This document shows, one piece after another, positions 12,196-23,296 of a stretch of DNA of 64,000 nt. Below the pieces are notes generated by a model. It made no database searches. It saw nothing but the letters and a program-made list of their open reading frames with translations, and was not told the DNA's origin. This stretch comes from Bispira polyomma (Eukaryota). The first letter of the stretch is position 1; each line of letters opens with the position of its first letter. Where the stretch lies: NCBI GenBank assembly GCA_965649765.1, contig OZ287755.1:31496001-31560000 (forward strand), in the 5' to 3' direction. Position numbers and translations under genes: made by a program.

Positions 12196-13850
12196 TGCAC
12201 AGCAGGCCTCTTTATGGGACTGCTAGTTCAGTCCACCAGCCCTACTATTTATTGCCATCTTAAGCCCTAGCGAATGCAATCCCATTATCCCCTCCATCTG
12301 TCTATCCAGTTCCAAACCAATCAAATTAAGTACACTTGTTACTTGTAGCTTCACGTTGCTATTCTCCATTTAATATTTGGATTTTCAACTGTCAACATAT
12401 AGGACAGTATAAGAGGTTTTATTTTTTTCTTTATTTTACATCACTTTTAACCTGAATTGTTTTTAGTACTGCTTATACGTTTGTGCTGCACAGCATGGGG
12501 AGAACAAAGAAGACATCCGTACAGAGTAGCAAGAAACAGTCTGGGAAGAAATCAACAAGAACGGGCAGGTTGTCAAAACGGTGGGGCACTTGGGCTCAAC
12601 TGTTAGTGTACTGGACTATTAATCTCAAGATCCATGACAACACAGGATCCAATCCAAACAGTAGCAACCCTCTTTATAAGTTTACAGCAGAGCCATGGAA
12701 TTTCTGTTGTTTACATGGTGGAGTTCAGTATTCCATATTGCATAGTGGACGTAGTGTACTTAAGTAAACATATGCATGCTTGAGTAAGATGGTCCCTTTA
12801 GGTCCCGTTAAAATGTAAAAGTTTTGTGCTACTCAAAATTTAAGTTTGTTTCGGCTGATTTTATTAAACGGTTGGTGCATTCGACAAACATAATTTGAAA
12901 CGGCTATTAAAATGTGTTAGATGCGTGACAAACATGTACAAATGTGTACAGAACGTGTACAAAACAACCCGTACAATGATTTTTTGTTACTTTTTAGTTA
13001 CCTTTTACACTTTTTTCTTACCATTTGCTTACATTTAAAACAAAGCGAACATAAACACGAACATGCTCAGTGTGACCCCAACATTAATGTGGTAGTGATA
13101 TAAGACCTGAGGTCAGGTCTTCATGAGAGAGAGGCATGTAATATCCCTGTAAATCTGTAAATTTGTACTGGATTATTAATATCAAGATCCCTGTAAATCT
13201 GTAAATTTGTACTGGGCTATTAATATCAAGATCAGTGACAACCTATGTTCTAATCCCAGCAATAGAAAGCTTCTTTATAAGTTTACAGCGGAGCCAAGAA
13301 ATTTCTGTTGTTTACATTAACCTTCATGACCAGTTTAATGAATTTGCTATACCCGGTTCCTGTACTACCAAACCCTCTGACCCTTGGACCATCAATGCTA
13401 AGTACTACAGCCCAGGAGCTGATCCACAGTTCCTCTGAAAACATGGCTAAAATGTTAGCCATTCTACGGGACTTAGAGATGTCCAACGCTAGAATTACAC
13501 AGCGTCTGGACAAATTCTTTTTTATTGAGATATTTAATATCACTCTAGTACCTGTTTTGGTTATATTGGGACGTGTAGTTGGAAACGTTGGAGGAAACAC
13601 TGCATACAGTTGATCAAGGTACTGCACTGAAACCAGCGGCCCACATTAAAGAACTACCACCTTTCCCACATAGGCATCGACGGGAGTTGAACCCATGCCA
13701 GCTGATCTCAGAGGTGAGAAACCAGTGACTGTGAAGCGCAATGCTTGCTAACCACTAGGCCACGGCGGCCCCACGTCTGGACAAAGTTGAGCAGAAACAG
13801 AACAATGCCAGCCCTAGAACGACCCCCTGTTACACCATAAGGGACGGTAT
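12196..13850 (+). mobile_element. E5: truncated YR retrotransposon (5' end and gag remnant) interrupted by insertions; 3' limit approximate
   Basis: 5' motif tgcacagcaggcctctttatgggactgctagttcagt, CCAAT box near 12317, MGRTKKTS at 12495, coiled-coil LAILRDLEMSNARITQRLDK|VEQK split by a SINE. Confidence 0.75.
13515..13772 (-). mobile_element. tRNA-derived SINE (family A, variant head) inserted in E5 gag
   Basis: Reverse complement of the 3506 SINE; TSD cgtctggacaaa at 13503-13514 and 13774-13785. Confidence 0.9.
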
Positions 13851-13989
13851 GGTGATTGAACAAGGTGTACAAGACAGCTATACCCCACCTTGCTCCGCTT
13901 CCAGAACACAATTGTTGCAGGGGCGGGATGTTAAGGCTACCAGAGGGAATTGTACCTAATCTAGATCCTTTTAGGTTCTTTCCTGACAT

Positions 13990-14158
13990 ACAAAAGACTT
14001 TAGTCTATAAATATCTCAAATCAGGTTTCCCTCGATATTTCAGTTCTTACTTGTCTCCCCAATGATTCTTCTCAAATGATGCTCCTAAGCTGTGGAATGA
14101 TATTCGCACTGCCTCCTTACTAGCCAGTTTTTAGAAAAAGCTCGAAGTCTACCTTTGT
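13990..14158 (+). mobile_element. L2-type LINE 3' fragment split by E3 (continues at 19230-19300)
   Basis: FSNDAPKLWNDIRTASLL...KKLEVYLC; removing E3 restores LEVYLCSKDFPH*, matching the typical L2 C-terminus (K-x-YLF-x-KA-F/Y-P). Confidence 0.7.
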
Positions 14159-14433
14159 ACAAGGCAATGCCCTAGTGTTGGTGGGTTCAGTTCGGGGTAC
14201 CAGACTACTTGTCATGCCTGGCTGCGTTTCAATATAAAAGGGAGAGAATTTTGAATCTCCCTCCTTTTCATCAACCGTCAGCAGAAGAACAACTTCAAAA
14301 TAAAATAAACTGGAGGGTTTGGCAGAGAGTTCATGTTTTATGTTTTACATTTTTACTACTTTTACAATTTTAGTTTCTTAATGTAACCTCTCTCATAATG
14401 CCACAAATTAAAGATTATAGTTGTACGAAATGT

Positions 14434-15423
14434 ATGGGAAAGCACGCTAGGCCAGTTGGTAGCAAATGTACTTGGGTGTTACACGAGGAGTCCACTTCCG
14501 AGGATGAGATAGAAGGGGCAGTTTCGGAAGCTCCTGACAGTCTGGCCGCTGTTTCTAGTAAAATACTGTAAAAATTAGAAAGTATGGGCCAGATGATGGA
14601 ACGACTTGATAAACGTGTCTTGCTCACGGAGGCGGCTCTGAGCATGGATTCTCCTAAAACTCAGGCCAGTTCGATTTCCAACACTAGTCCAGTGATTGCT
14701 TCGGTTGAAAAGGTCAATACTGTAAGTGACGATAATGTGGTTCATAGTATCGAGTTCTTGAAGAAAAATACCTGCATACGGACCCAGGTAGAGCAGCGAC
14801 TAGTCAAGCTTAAGGAAATTAATGAAAACCCGAAAAAAGGTAAGATTAAGTCCCAAAGAGGCGGGGGGGGGGGGGGGGGATCGACGTGCTTGTCAAGAGG
14901 GTAGTGAAATGGCTCCCAAAATCATGTCCTGTCGGGCAATTTTAAGACACGTCCGAGTTATGATGATCTGTCCCTTAACCAGTGGGTATCTGGGTTTACC
15001 AGAATAATTCAAGACGAGAAAAAACCAGAAATTAAGGAAATCATGTTAGATTATATAGCAGGCTTAATGGATTTTTCCTAGGAGGCAGCCAAAGCCTGCC
15101 ATGCAGTTGTGTTGACCACAATGGAAATAGACAAACTTCAATGGACGGAAGTCGAAAAATTAGACAGGTTGAGGCGAGCTCATGCCCAGAGACACGTCGT
15201 TAGTAGTAGTAGTAGCTATAATAGCACTTGTAGTGGTAGTAGTAGTAACAAGACTGTGGGGATGGGGAAGCAGGGCTCGGCAAACTGCAAGTTTTATCAA
15301 GAAGGCACATATAAATTTCCTTCCAGCCATAAAAGTGGAAATACTTTCTTCAAACATGTTTGTGAAAATTGTGCTAGGGCCCATAAAAGCAGCAACTGCA
15401 ACAGAAAATTGGCAAAAAACTAG
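14434..15423 (+). pseudogene. E3 gag
   Basis: MGKHARP start is in frame with ORF 14584 (one internal stop). A poly-G run causes a frameshift near 14870. Ser-rich linker, CKFYQEG...HVCENCARAH...C fingers. Confidence 0.8.
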
Positions 15424-15449
15424 GAGCCTACTGCAGCAATGCAGTGGGC
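15414..15449 (+). other. Candidate -1 programmed ribosomal frameshift signal
   Basis: A AAA AAC in the gag frame just before TAG; 5-nt spacer; 10-bp stem gcctactgca/tgcagtgggc with a GCAA loop; the -1 frame is the 15444-16523 ORF. Confidence 0.65.
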
Positions 15450-17795
15450 GACCAAAAAAGTTCTAGTAGAGAATTCTACAGGACAGGATTTAAAAATTTC
15501 GAATTGTTAGACATAAATGTTGCTACAAAAATGTGTCAGTACAACAGAGGTGTACTTAGAAACCAAAGTTATAGTGAAATGGTTAAAAAACCTTGGCAAG
15601 GTATTCCTCGGGATGCAAATCAAGTATGTTCCAATATTGTGTATAACACAGGTAAGCAGTCAGTACATATTGGCAAAAGTCGTACCTTTTATAGGAACAA
15701 ATGCAAAAACCCTATTGTCAATCTCAGGCTAGGGGGAAGCACTGCTGAGGGCAAAGCTGGGTATAGGCAGAAAGGGGGAGTAAAAAGTTGTGCCAAATTT
15801 AAAATGTGTGAAGCCAGTCCAGTATTTGTACACAATAGGTTTAATTTGTTAGCTTTCTCAGATTCGACTGACTCTGTCGACAGAAATACTGCTATGCAAA
15901 CAGATCAGATGAAAGAAAAACACAGTAGCCCAGTGCGACACAGCACTGTTGGTACACGTGCTAGTACCTCGCATAAAAAGAAACCTGTGAATACCGATGA
16001 CACTGTAGTCAGTGATAAGTATGCCTTAGAATTAAAGCAAAAAATCAACAAAAAAGAGCTTTTAAACAGGGCTAAAAATAACCCCACATATTGTGAATGG
16101 CGCAGCCGAAATAAAGTTCAGTATGGCTTTACCCCAGTATCGGACTTGGGTTATAGAGTGTGGGATAGACAAGCCAGTGATGATAGTTCTGATATTTTAC
16201 AAATGCATAAGGTATTGAGAGCTGATGGTAGACAAAATTTTAAGGGCTTGCAGATACCTGTTAAGTCACAATTAAATCATGAAAAATGGTCGCATTATTT
16301 GAAGTCATATTGGGATTGGCAATTGCCAATATTAATTAAATATGGTTTTCCGCTTGATGTGATTCGCGAAAACATCAGCCAATTGGATGGCTCCAACCAC
16401 AGCTCAGCCAATGACTTTCCAGAACACATAGACATTTATTTAAATGAAGAATGTAAACATGGTGCTAAATTTTGCCCCATTTCGAAACCCACCAATAGAA
16501 AAAAATGCATTTTTCCCCTATGATGACGCGTAATAAGTCCAGCTCCAATAATAGGCGGGTCACTGTCGACCTTAGCTGGCCAATTGGTGAGTTGGTTAAT
16601 TCGGGAGCCTTTTCAAATAAATATCTTGGTACAGAATTTATACTATCTTACCTTTCAGTTGACAATCTTACCAATGAAGTCCAAAAATTAGGCAGAGGTT
16701 GCCAGATATTCAAGGTTGACATAAGTCGCGTATTCAGGCACGTGCCTATTGATCCAGGGGACGTGAATTTATTGGGTTTAAAGTGGGATTCCTATTATCT
16801 GAATAGATCTCTCCCTTTCGGCTTTCAGAACGGATCCACTATTTTTCAGAGAATTTCGGACTCGGTTCGATTTATTATGCTGCAGGAGGGATTTCATATC
16901 CATGCCTACATCGACGATTTTTTATGTGTCGCTCTTCCAAGTAAAATCACTGCTATATATGACAGACTCCAAGTTCTTCTGAGAGAATTAGGTGTTACTG
17001 TCAGCCCCAAAAAGCTAGTTCCCCCTGACACAAGTGTAGTATGTTTAGGCATTTTAATTAATACAGCGGATTTTACCACTTCAATTCCTGTTGAAAAAAT
17101 GGACGAAATAAAAAATTTATGTCAAATGTGGGAAAATAAGCAAAGTTGTACTAAAAAAGAAATGTATCAAGTATGCCCGGGTGTACCTTAACAGAAGGCT
17201 CCAGTTGTTAAGAGATAGCCATAGCAAAAAAAAAGGTTCTTAAATACTACTGAATTCAAAAGGGATCTGGTTTAGTACATTCATGCAGCAGTTCAATGGT
17301 ACTAGTTTTTTGGCCCATAAACCAATTAATGCCCAGGTTAAATTGGACGCTTGTCTGACTGGCATGGGGGGGGGGGGGGTTATATATGATGGGTAAGTAT
17401 ACAAGTTAACTGTCCCCCAGCATATGTCTCAACATAATATTGTATATTTGGAAATGATTAATATTCTTGTGGCTATAAAATTATGGGCTAGTAACTGGCA
17501 AGGTAAAAGAGTACTATTTAAGTGCGACAATCAGGGTGTGGTCAGCGTTTTGACCAGTGGTCACACCCAGGACCCGGTTCTTGCAACTTACACTAGAAAC
17601 ATATATATGTGGGTCAGTCAGTTCGACATAGATATTAAAGTCATTCATATACTTGGTGCCAAAAATAAGGTCGCCGACCTCATGTCCACGTGGGATAAGA
17701 CAAAAAACAATGTGCAATTGTTGCATAAATGGGTAGGCCCTGTAAAATGGCTTCAGACTGATGAAACGTTGTTGGAAATAGACAATAATATTTAA
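15414..17795 (+). pseudogene. E3 pol (RT + RNase H), entered in the -1 frame
   Basis: IKYGFP, VDLSWP, KVDISRVFRHVP, LPFG, YIDDF, DACLTGMG, CDNQGVV, NKVADLMS. Confidence 0.9.
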
Positions 17796-17819
17796 AAGAA
17801 TTTTATGTTTTATTTTCAG

Positions 17820-18740
17820 GAAGTAATCCTACTGAAAACTTGCTGACAAGTCTGGCTTGTAAGAGAATGCACAGTGCTTTAGCTGCCTCTACCACCTCTG
17901 CTTATGATAGCATGTTCAGGCTCTTTACAGCTTTCAGCATTTTTATGGCTTGGCCAGCCTCTCAGGTGAATGTGTTCCATATTCTTACCTTTCTAGATCC
18001 TAGGATTTCTTACTATACCAGGGCTCTCTAGGTTAATAGACCACCTCAGGTTAAGTTAAAGAGTGTGTTCAATATACCTCTCATGTTGAAATTAGTAGAA
18101 AAATGTGAATCCACCTATGGGTCTTATTTTTAAAGCTATGTATGTGACAAGTTTCTTCAGTTTTCTTTGTCTATCTTATTTGTGCCCCCATTCCAGGGCG
18201 GCGTTCTCACCCCTTAAGCATTTGGCCAGGGGGGATGTTTTGTTTAAACCTGGCTATGTCCTTCTTTTGGTTAAATGGAGCAAGACTTTGCAGACTAATG
18301 ATGCAGTGAGGCTTTTATCATTACCAGCTCTCCCCTCTTCTAAATTGTGCCCAGTTAGGGCCTTAAAAGCTGTATTAGCCTTGTCACCCCCTGGCCAGAA
18401 CGCCTCCTTATTTCAGTATAAAATTAAAAGTTCTTGGGTTCCCATGACGGATAATCGGGTAAAACTCCATCTTAAAAATGTTTTGGCTTTAATGGATTTG
18501 CAGCATTCAAATTTAACCTTTCACACCTTCTGTCGTTTAGGGGCCACGTTCGCGTTCAATAACAATGTTCGTCTACAGGACATACAGCGGCATGGCACCT
18601 GGACGTCGGATTGTGTGTGGCGAAATATTACCGATTCTGCTCAAGTAGGCACTCAGGTGGCTGATTCCTTGCTATGGCCCTACAAACTACCCCCTAGAAA
18701 GATTTGGGCTTGGTGGTTTGGGACATCTCTTCTCACCTGA
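17820..18740 (+). pseudogene. E3 tyrosine recombinase, disrupted
   Basis: SALAASTTSAYDSMF, VKWSKTLQ, LCPVRAL, FHTFCRLGATFAF, HGTWTSDCVWRNI (catalytic Y appears replaced by N). Confidence 0.9.
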
Positions 18741-20263
18741 AACTTTAAACTTTTATCTGTAAATAATAAAGAAATACCAAAGGTCAATAAATAAATAAAG
18801 AATCACAGAACTTGGGGCATAATGTCACCTGATTTTGGGGAGTACATTATGTACTCTTACATATCACTTATAAAAGTTTCAAAATTCTAATCTCTCTTCA
18901 AAATCCTAAATTAATCGACTTTAATTTAAATCTTCAATTCTTAAACTGAACTTTTTAAATTCAAGTTAGGGTGACCTCTTTCCTCTTCAAAATTATGGTC
19001 ACCTTAACTCCAGTTTGAGAACTTAATTTATGGTAACCTTACCTTCTTAACTTATACTCACCTTAGGGTTACCCTAAACTTATCTTAACTTAAGGTCACC
19101 TTATGCCCCTTCACAAAAACTGTATATAGTAGTTGTCTCACATGCTAGTCTACTAATAAACTTGTGAACCGCAGCCTTTTTCTGTGTTACATATTAAACT
19201 CTTATAACTTTGCTCTGGTTCCTGGGACCTGTAGCAAGGATTTTCCACATTAGCCTTCTTAATTTTTCCGGCATCTCCATGGTCCCGACCCCGTCCAATG
19301 GCTATATGAAATTGTTGAATGATTATTACCAGTAAACTGTAACTTTTCACTATATTTATTAACTAAAACATCATATCTGCAAATTTCAAACTTACAACAA
19401 GTGGACTGAAGCTATCACCAAAATCTCAGATTTAACACCGAAACTAGGCCAACTCTGTGTGTGATTTTGGACAAAAAATACACAGTGGAACTTGGTCCTC
19501 TTTTTAACAGTATTTCCTAGTGTGTGATTAAAAGTACAGATATAAACAGATTTCTCAGAACCTCTGTCAAGGATGTTCAACAACCAAAGGACACACTGAA
19601 GATGAACAGAACAAAATGTACTTAAAAAAATAGCTAAACAGTTCAGTTATAAAATTGGTAATAAATTTGTCAATAAATCTGTGTAAATCATGTGCTTAAT
19701 AGTCTATGACCAAAGGACGGAAACATACTTTAGATATCAACTATTAATCAATACACAGGGTTCCTTGCACCACAAAAACATGGAGCTTGATTATATTTTT
19801 GAGTTTAAAAAAGCCAGATTATAGAAAAAACACTAATGAATTGCTCCTACACAATAGGGATATCTTCCATATTTAGGGCTATTGTCCCCACCACTTAAGT
19901 ATGTAAAATAACAGTAAAGATTTGCTACTCTGAGTAGCACAAGTTATGCAGTGCCTCTCCCTTGACATTGCCTCCTAATTTGACCTTGTAAAACATTGAT
20001 GAGAGCATGTGGGGTATATCAGTTTATTTTCAAAGTTAGTTTAAAGTTTTTCTGGACAAACTAGAGATTTAAGGCCTCCATAGCTGAGTTTAAGGTTAAC
20101 CTAAGTTGAATAACATTTACTTTTAACTTTTAATTTAAGTGCTTGCTTTAAGGTGGACTTTAAAGTTTTGCATTAAAGTGAAGTTTTACGTTAAAAATAC
20201 AATACAAAAAAATAGTAATTATTGTACCAGGCTTTATTATTATTATTATAAATTTTTAACATG

Positions 20264-20470
20264 CTTTATTGATGCCAGGCATCTTCTAAAGCGCAACAGC
20301 AGAATCATTGGTCCAATCATTAAGTCCATGGACATTGCAAAGGTTAAAAAGATAGATTTTAAGCTTTTTCCTAAAAAAAGTGTGTCAACTGATCTGAGGT
20401 TGACTAGGAGACTGTTCCATAACCGTGGGGCTGCAGTGGAGAACGAAGTGAATCCCGCCTTCCTGATTCC
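20264..20470 (-). mobile_element. L2-type LINE 3' end
   Basis: Minus strand FSTAAPRLWNSLLVNLRSVDT..RKKLKIYLFNL; near-identical tail at 52563-52780. Confidence 0.7.
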
Positions 20471-21564
20471 TTTACACCCTGCCTTAGTTGTGAGGTTTGA
20501 TATTTTAATGGTATATAATGGTGTGTATATTGTTCATGTATTTAACTAGTGAAAAGAACACAGTTGTAACATGTGTCAGTTTAATGAATTGGCCCCTTCA
20601 ATCAATGACCAGCTGTGCAACTGCTGTGCAACTATAAATAAAAATATTAAAAAAAAAAATCCACAATTTATCTTTATATGTGCCAAAAACAAACCAATAA
20701 AGGTTGACATTCGTGTGACATTGAAACATTATTTTTGATGATTTACTGAAATAAATAAAATGGGTGTGTGTAAAACAAGACAGAAAGAAGATGCTTGTGA
20801 GGCTCCACCAAACCTGATTGCAACGGCCAAAAGGACGTTTAGTAGCGGATATGATTATTTCCTGTAATTTGGACCAAGTTGTGACGTATTATGTACAAAA
20901 AACTGTAGAGAGACAACAAACACCAATAATTAGACTAATCCCAGGCTTTTGAGAAAATGAAGCTGCTTATGTCTGTCTGACAGTGGTGGAGTAATTAACT
21001 CTCTGTAGATTTAATACAGTAGTTTTTTAGTGTTATTGAGCATCAAGGCACTTTTAATATGCAATTTATCCCACTATAATAAAATAAAAAATGGCATCCT
21101 TACAACAGGAAACTCATCACATCCTATGTTAGAATTAATTTTGCATCTAGAAAATATACGAAAAAAACAAAAGTAGGAAGAAGTACACTTAGTAGAAAAC
21201 ATACAACATATGATATCACAAGATGCCAAAAATGTAAAAAAAAGGCCGGACTCCACTCTTCTACCTGGATTTGCTTCACCATATTAAGGGGCTTTTGCCA
21301 CTGCCCAAGTGTCTTATACAAGACCAAAGGTTCATCTCAGATCCGAGTGTGTTAAATATGGTGCAGTTTATCCAAAAGGGTTTGAATATTTTACCCATAG
21401 GCTAGCTTCATGCTCCTATAGGAGTTAGCATTTATATTTCATTCTCTACATTCATCTGATTAATAAGTCAACAAAAGGTTTAATAAAATGAAAGAGTTTT
21501 AATTAAATAATAAGAACGTCTATCTCCTGCTGTTGAAGGATATATACTCTTTCTGTATGTATTG

Positions 21565-21740
21565 TGGGCCGTGATAGACTAGTGGTTAGAAGCACCTACT
21601 TCACAATCATTGGCCTCTCACAAATATGGGATCATATCCTATTCATTCAGTCATGTGGGAAATTTTCTTACTGGTTTCTTACACCACTACATATGGCTGT
21701 GGTGATATGACCTAATGTGTACAGCTGTAAAAAGGATGTC
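21565..21740 (+). mobile_element. Degenerate tRNA-derived SINE (family B)
   Basis: ctagtggttag...cttcacaatcattggcctctcac...gatatgacc; related copies at about 29008, 32623, 54360, 60762 (+) and 35790, 37965/43390, 62565 (-). Confidence 0.6.
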
Positions 21741-22901
21741 AAACTTTGATATGTATAAGGTATATTGTAATAATATGTAGAAATATTATCCATTTTGCAG
21801 AACTATTGCTATTCTATTGTTAGGTCCTATTTTTGGTTTTCTAAAGTAAACTTTTAACATTTGATAATCTGCCATGCAACAGGCATTGATATTTACTGTA
21901 TACTAAATTAATGCAATAGTTAACATAAAAATAAGCTGACTAACTGTTATGCGTTGTATTAGCTAGCAGCAATTTGCCCTGAATTTTAGGTACCGATTGA
22001 TTAAATGTTAAAAATTAATTATCTCCATCAACCAATAAATCAGTATAACAGTAGTAAATAATATTTTACGACTGTACAAGAAGGCAGTGTTTCATGCTAT
22101 TCTTTTATCTCACTCGAGTAACCCAATATTTCATGCTATTGATTGAACACATTCTAAGACGGAGAAAATAGAACCCATAAGTCCCAATTATAAGCAATAA
22201 ATAGTTCGAACCATGTGTGAAGAAATTGCATAAACAACACAATTCAGTAATGCTTCTGAAAGGTCTGGGCTTTTCTGGGAAAAGACAGGCCCAACAAATC
22301 GGGCAAATTTATGGAAATAGTATATCACAGCCGGAGTGGTTTCTAGTATTACAGTGCATTACTTAAAGCCGTATATCTATAACCACTACACTACAAAGAT
22401 ACAGATATCTCAGATAAGTCATGGTGATAAAACACCACAGCAGTACAACTGAACCTTTAACAGTTTAAAATATATATGACAAGGTATTTTACATATGTGA
22501 AACACAATAAAAGACCAGGTTCCATGAAAAAGACAGACAGAAAACTAAAGAACCTCAAGTTGAGACTTAGATTCAACTCAAATAAAGGCTAATATGAGGC
22601 AGTCTTTGTACTTGCACTAAAACCTATACTTGTGACAATTCATTTTAATAGAGCTTTTAGAGCTGAATTCAAATATGCAGTTAGATTTGACTTCATTTCA
22701 CTCTTGCCAGAGATAGGAAGACTTCTGATTTAAGTCTGAGTTTTAGAGCTTGAGATGATTTGAGAACAGTAGCCAGGGTTGTTTAAAACAAGGGAGGGTC
22801 AGGTCAGCTAGCAAACAAGAATTAAGTGAATCCTCTAATATCAGCCACTGCTTGATGGATCTCTAGTGTGTCACTGCGGGGACTTCTGACAAGCTACTGC
22901 C

Positions 22902-22932
22902 TATAAATGACTCTATGTCAGCAGTCTCATTT
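22902..22932 (+). promoter_or_regulatory. Candidate TATA + Inr core promoter upstream of the GPCR
   Basis: TATAAA 22902-22907 and TCATTT with A at 22929; spacing slightly short; AT-rich background. Confidence 0.3.
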
Positions 22933-23296
22933 CCAGAGTGTCCCGAGCACATGTACACTGAAAGGACTCTTTGCAGTTTCTCATGTTATTTCTTTATATA
23001 AGCTGGAACACAGAGAGAAAGAGAGAGAGAGATTTTCATGGGTTTCTGTTTATAAGGATTTTATGTTGTCTATACATTTCTTAGAAAGTTATTTTGAGAG
23101 TATTGCTTTTATGCAGATGTTAAGAGGAGTTTTTTTACACCGATGTTTTGATTTTCATTTATGCTGGGATAGATGTGAACTGTAAACCAAGGAGTAAAGC
23201 CAGACACAGAGATTTGTCGAGTTAGAAAAATAATTTGGTTCTCTTTTTTTAAATTCTGTGAATATTAAGTTTTGCTTCATATTTAAAATACTAAAC

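Larger units (their letters stand above)
14156..19232 (+). mobile_element. E3: full-length decayed Ngaro-like YR retrotransposon
   Basis: gag-RT/RH-YR. Both ends are defined by interruption of an L2 fragment, with tgt(a) present at both junctions. TATAAAA near 14234. Confidence 0.92.

Noticed and set aside
14863-14879. Poly-G tracts (also 17366-17379) as G-quadruplex or programmed frameshift
   Set aside because: They break conserved coding frames; homopolymer slippage or sequencing error is simpler.
23258-23296. Longer GPCR N-terminus from the ORF track
   Set aside because: Begins at GTG; the first ATG in good context is at 23297.
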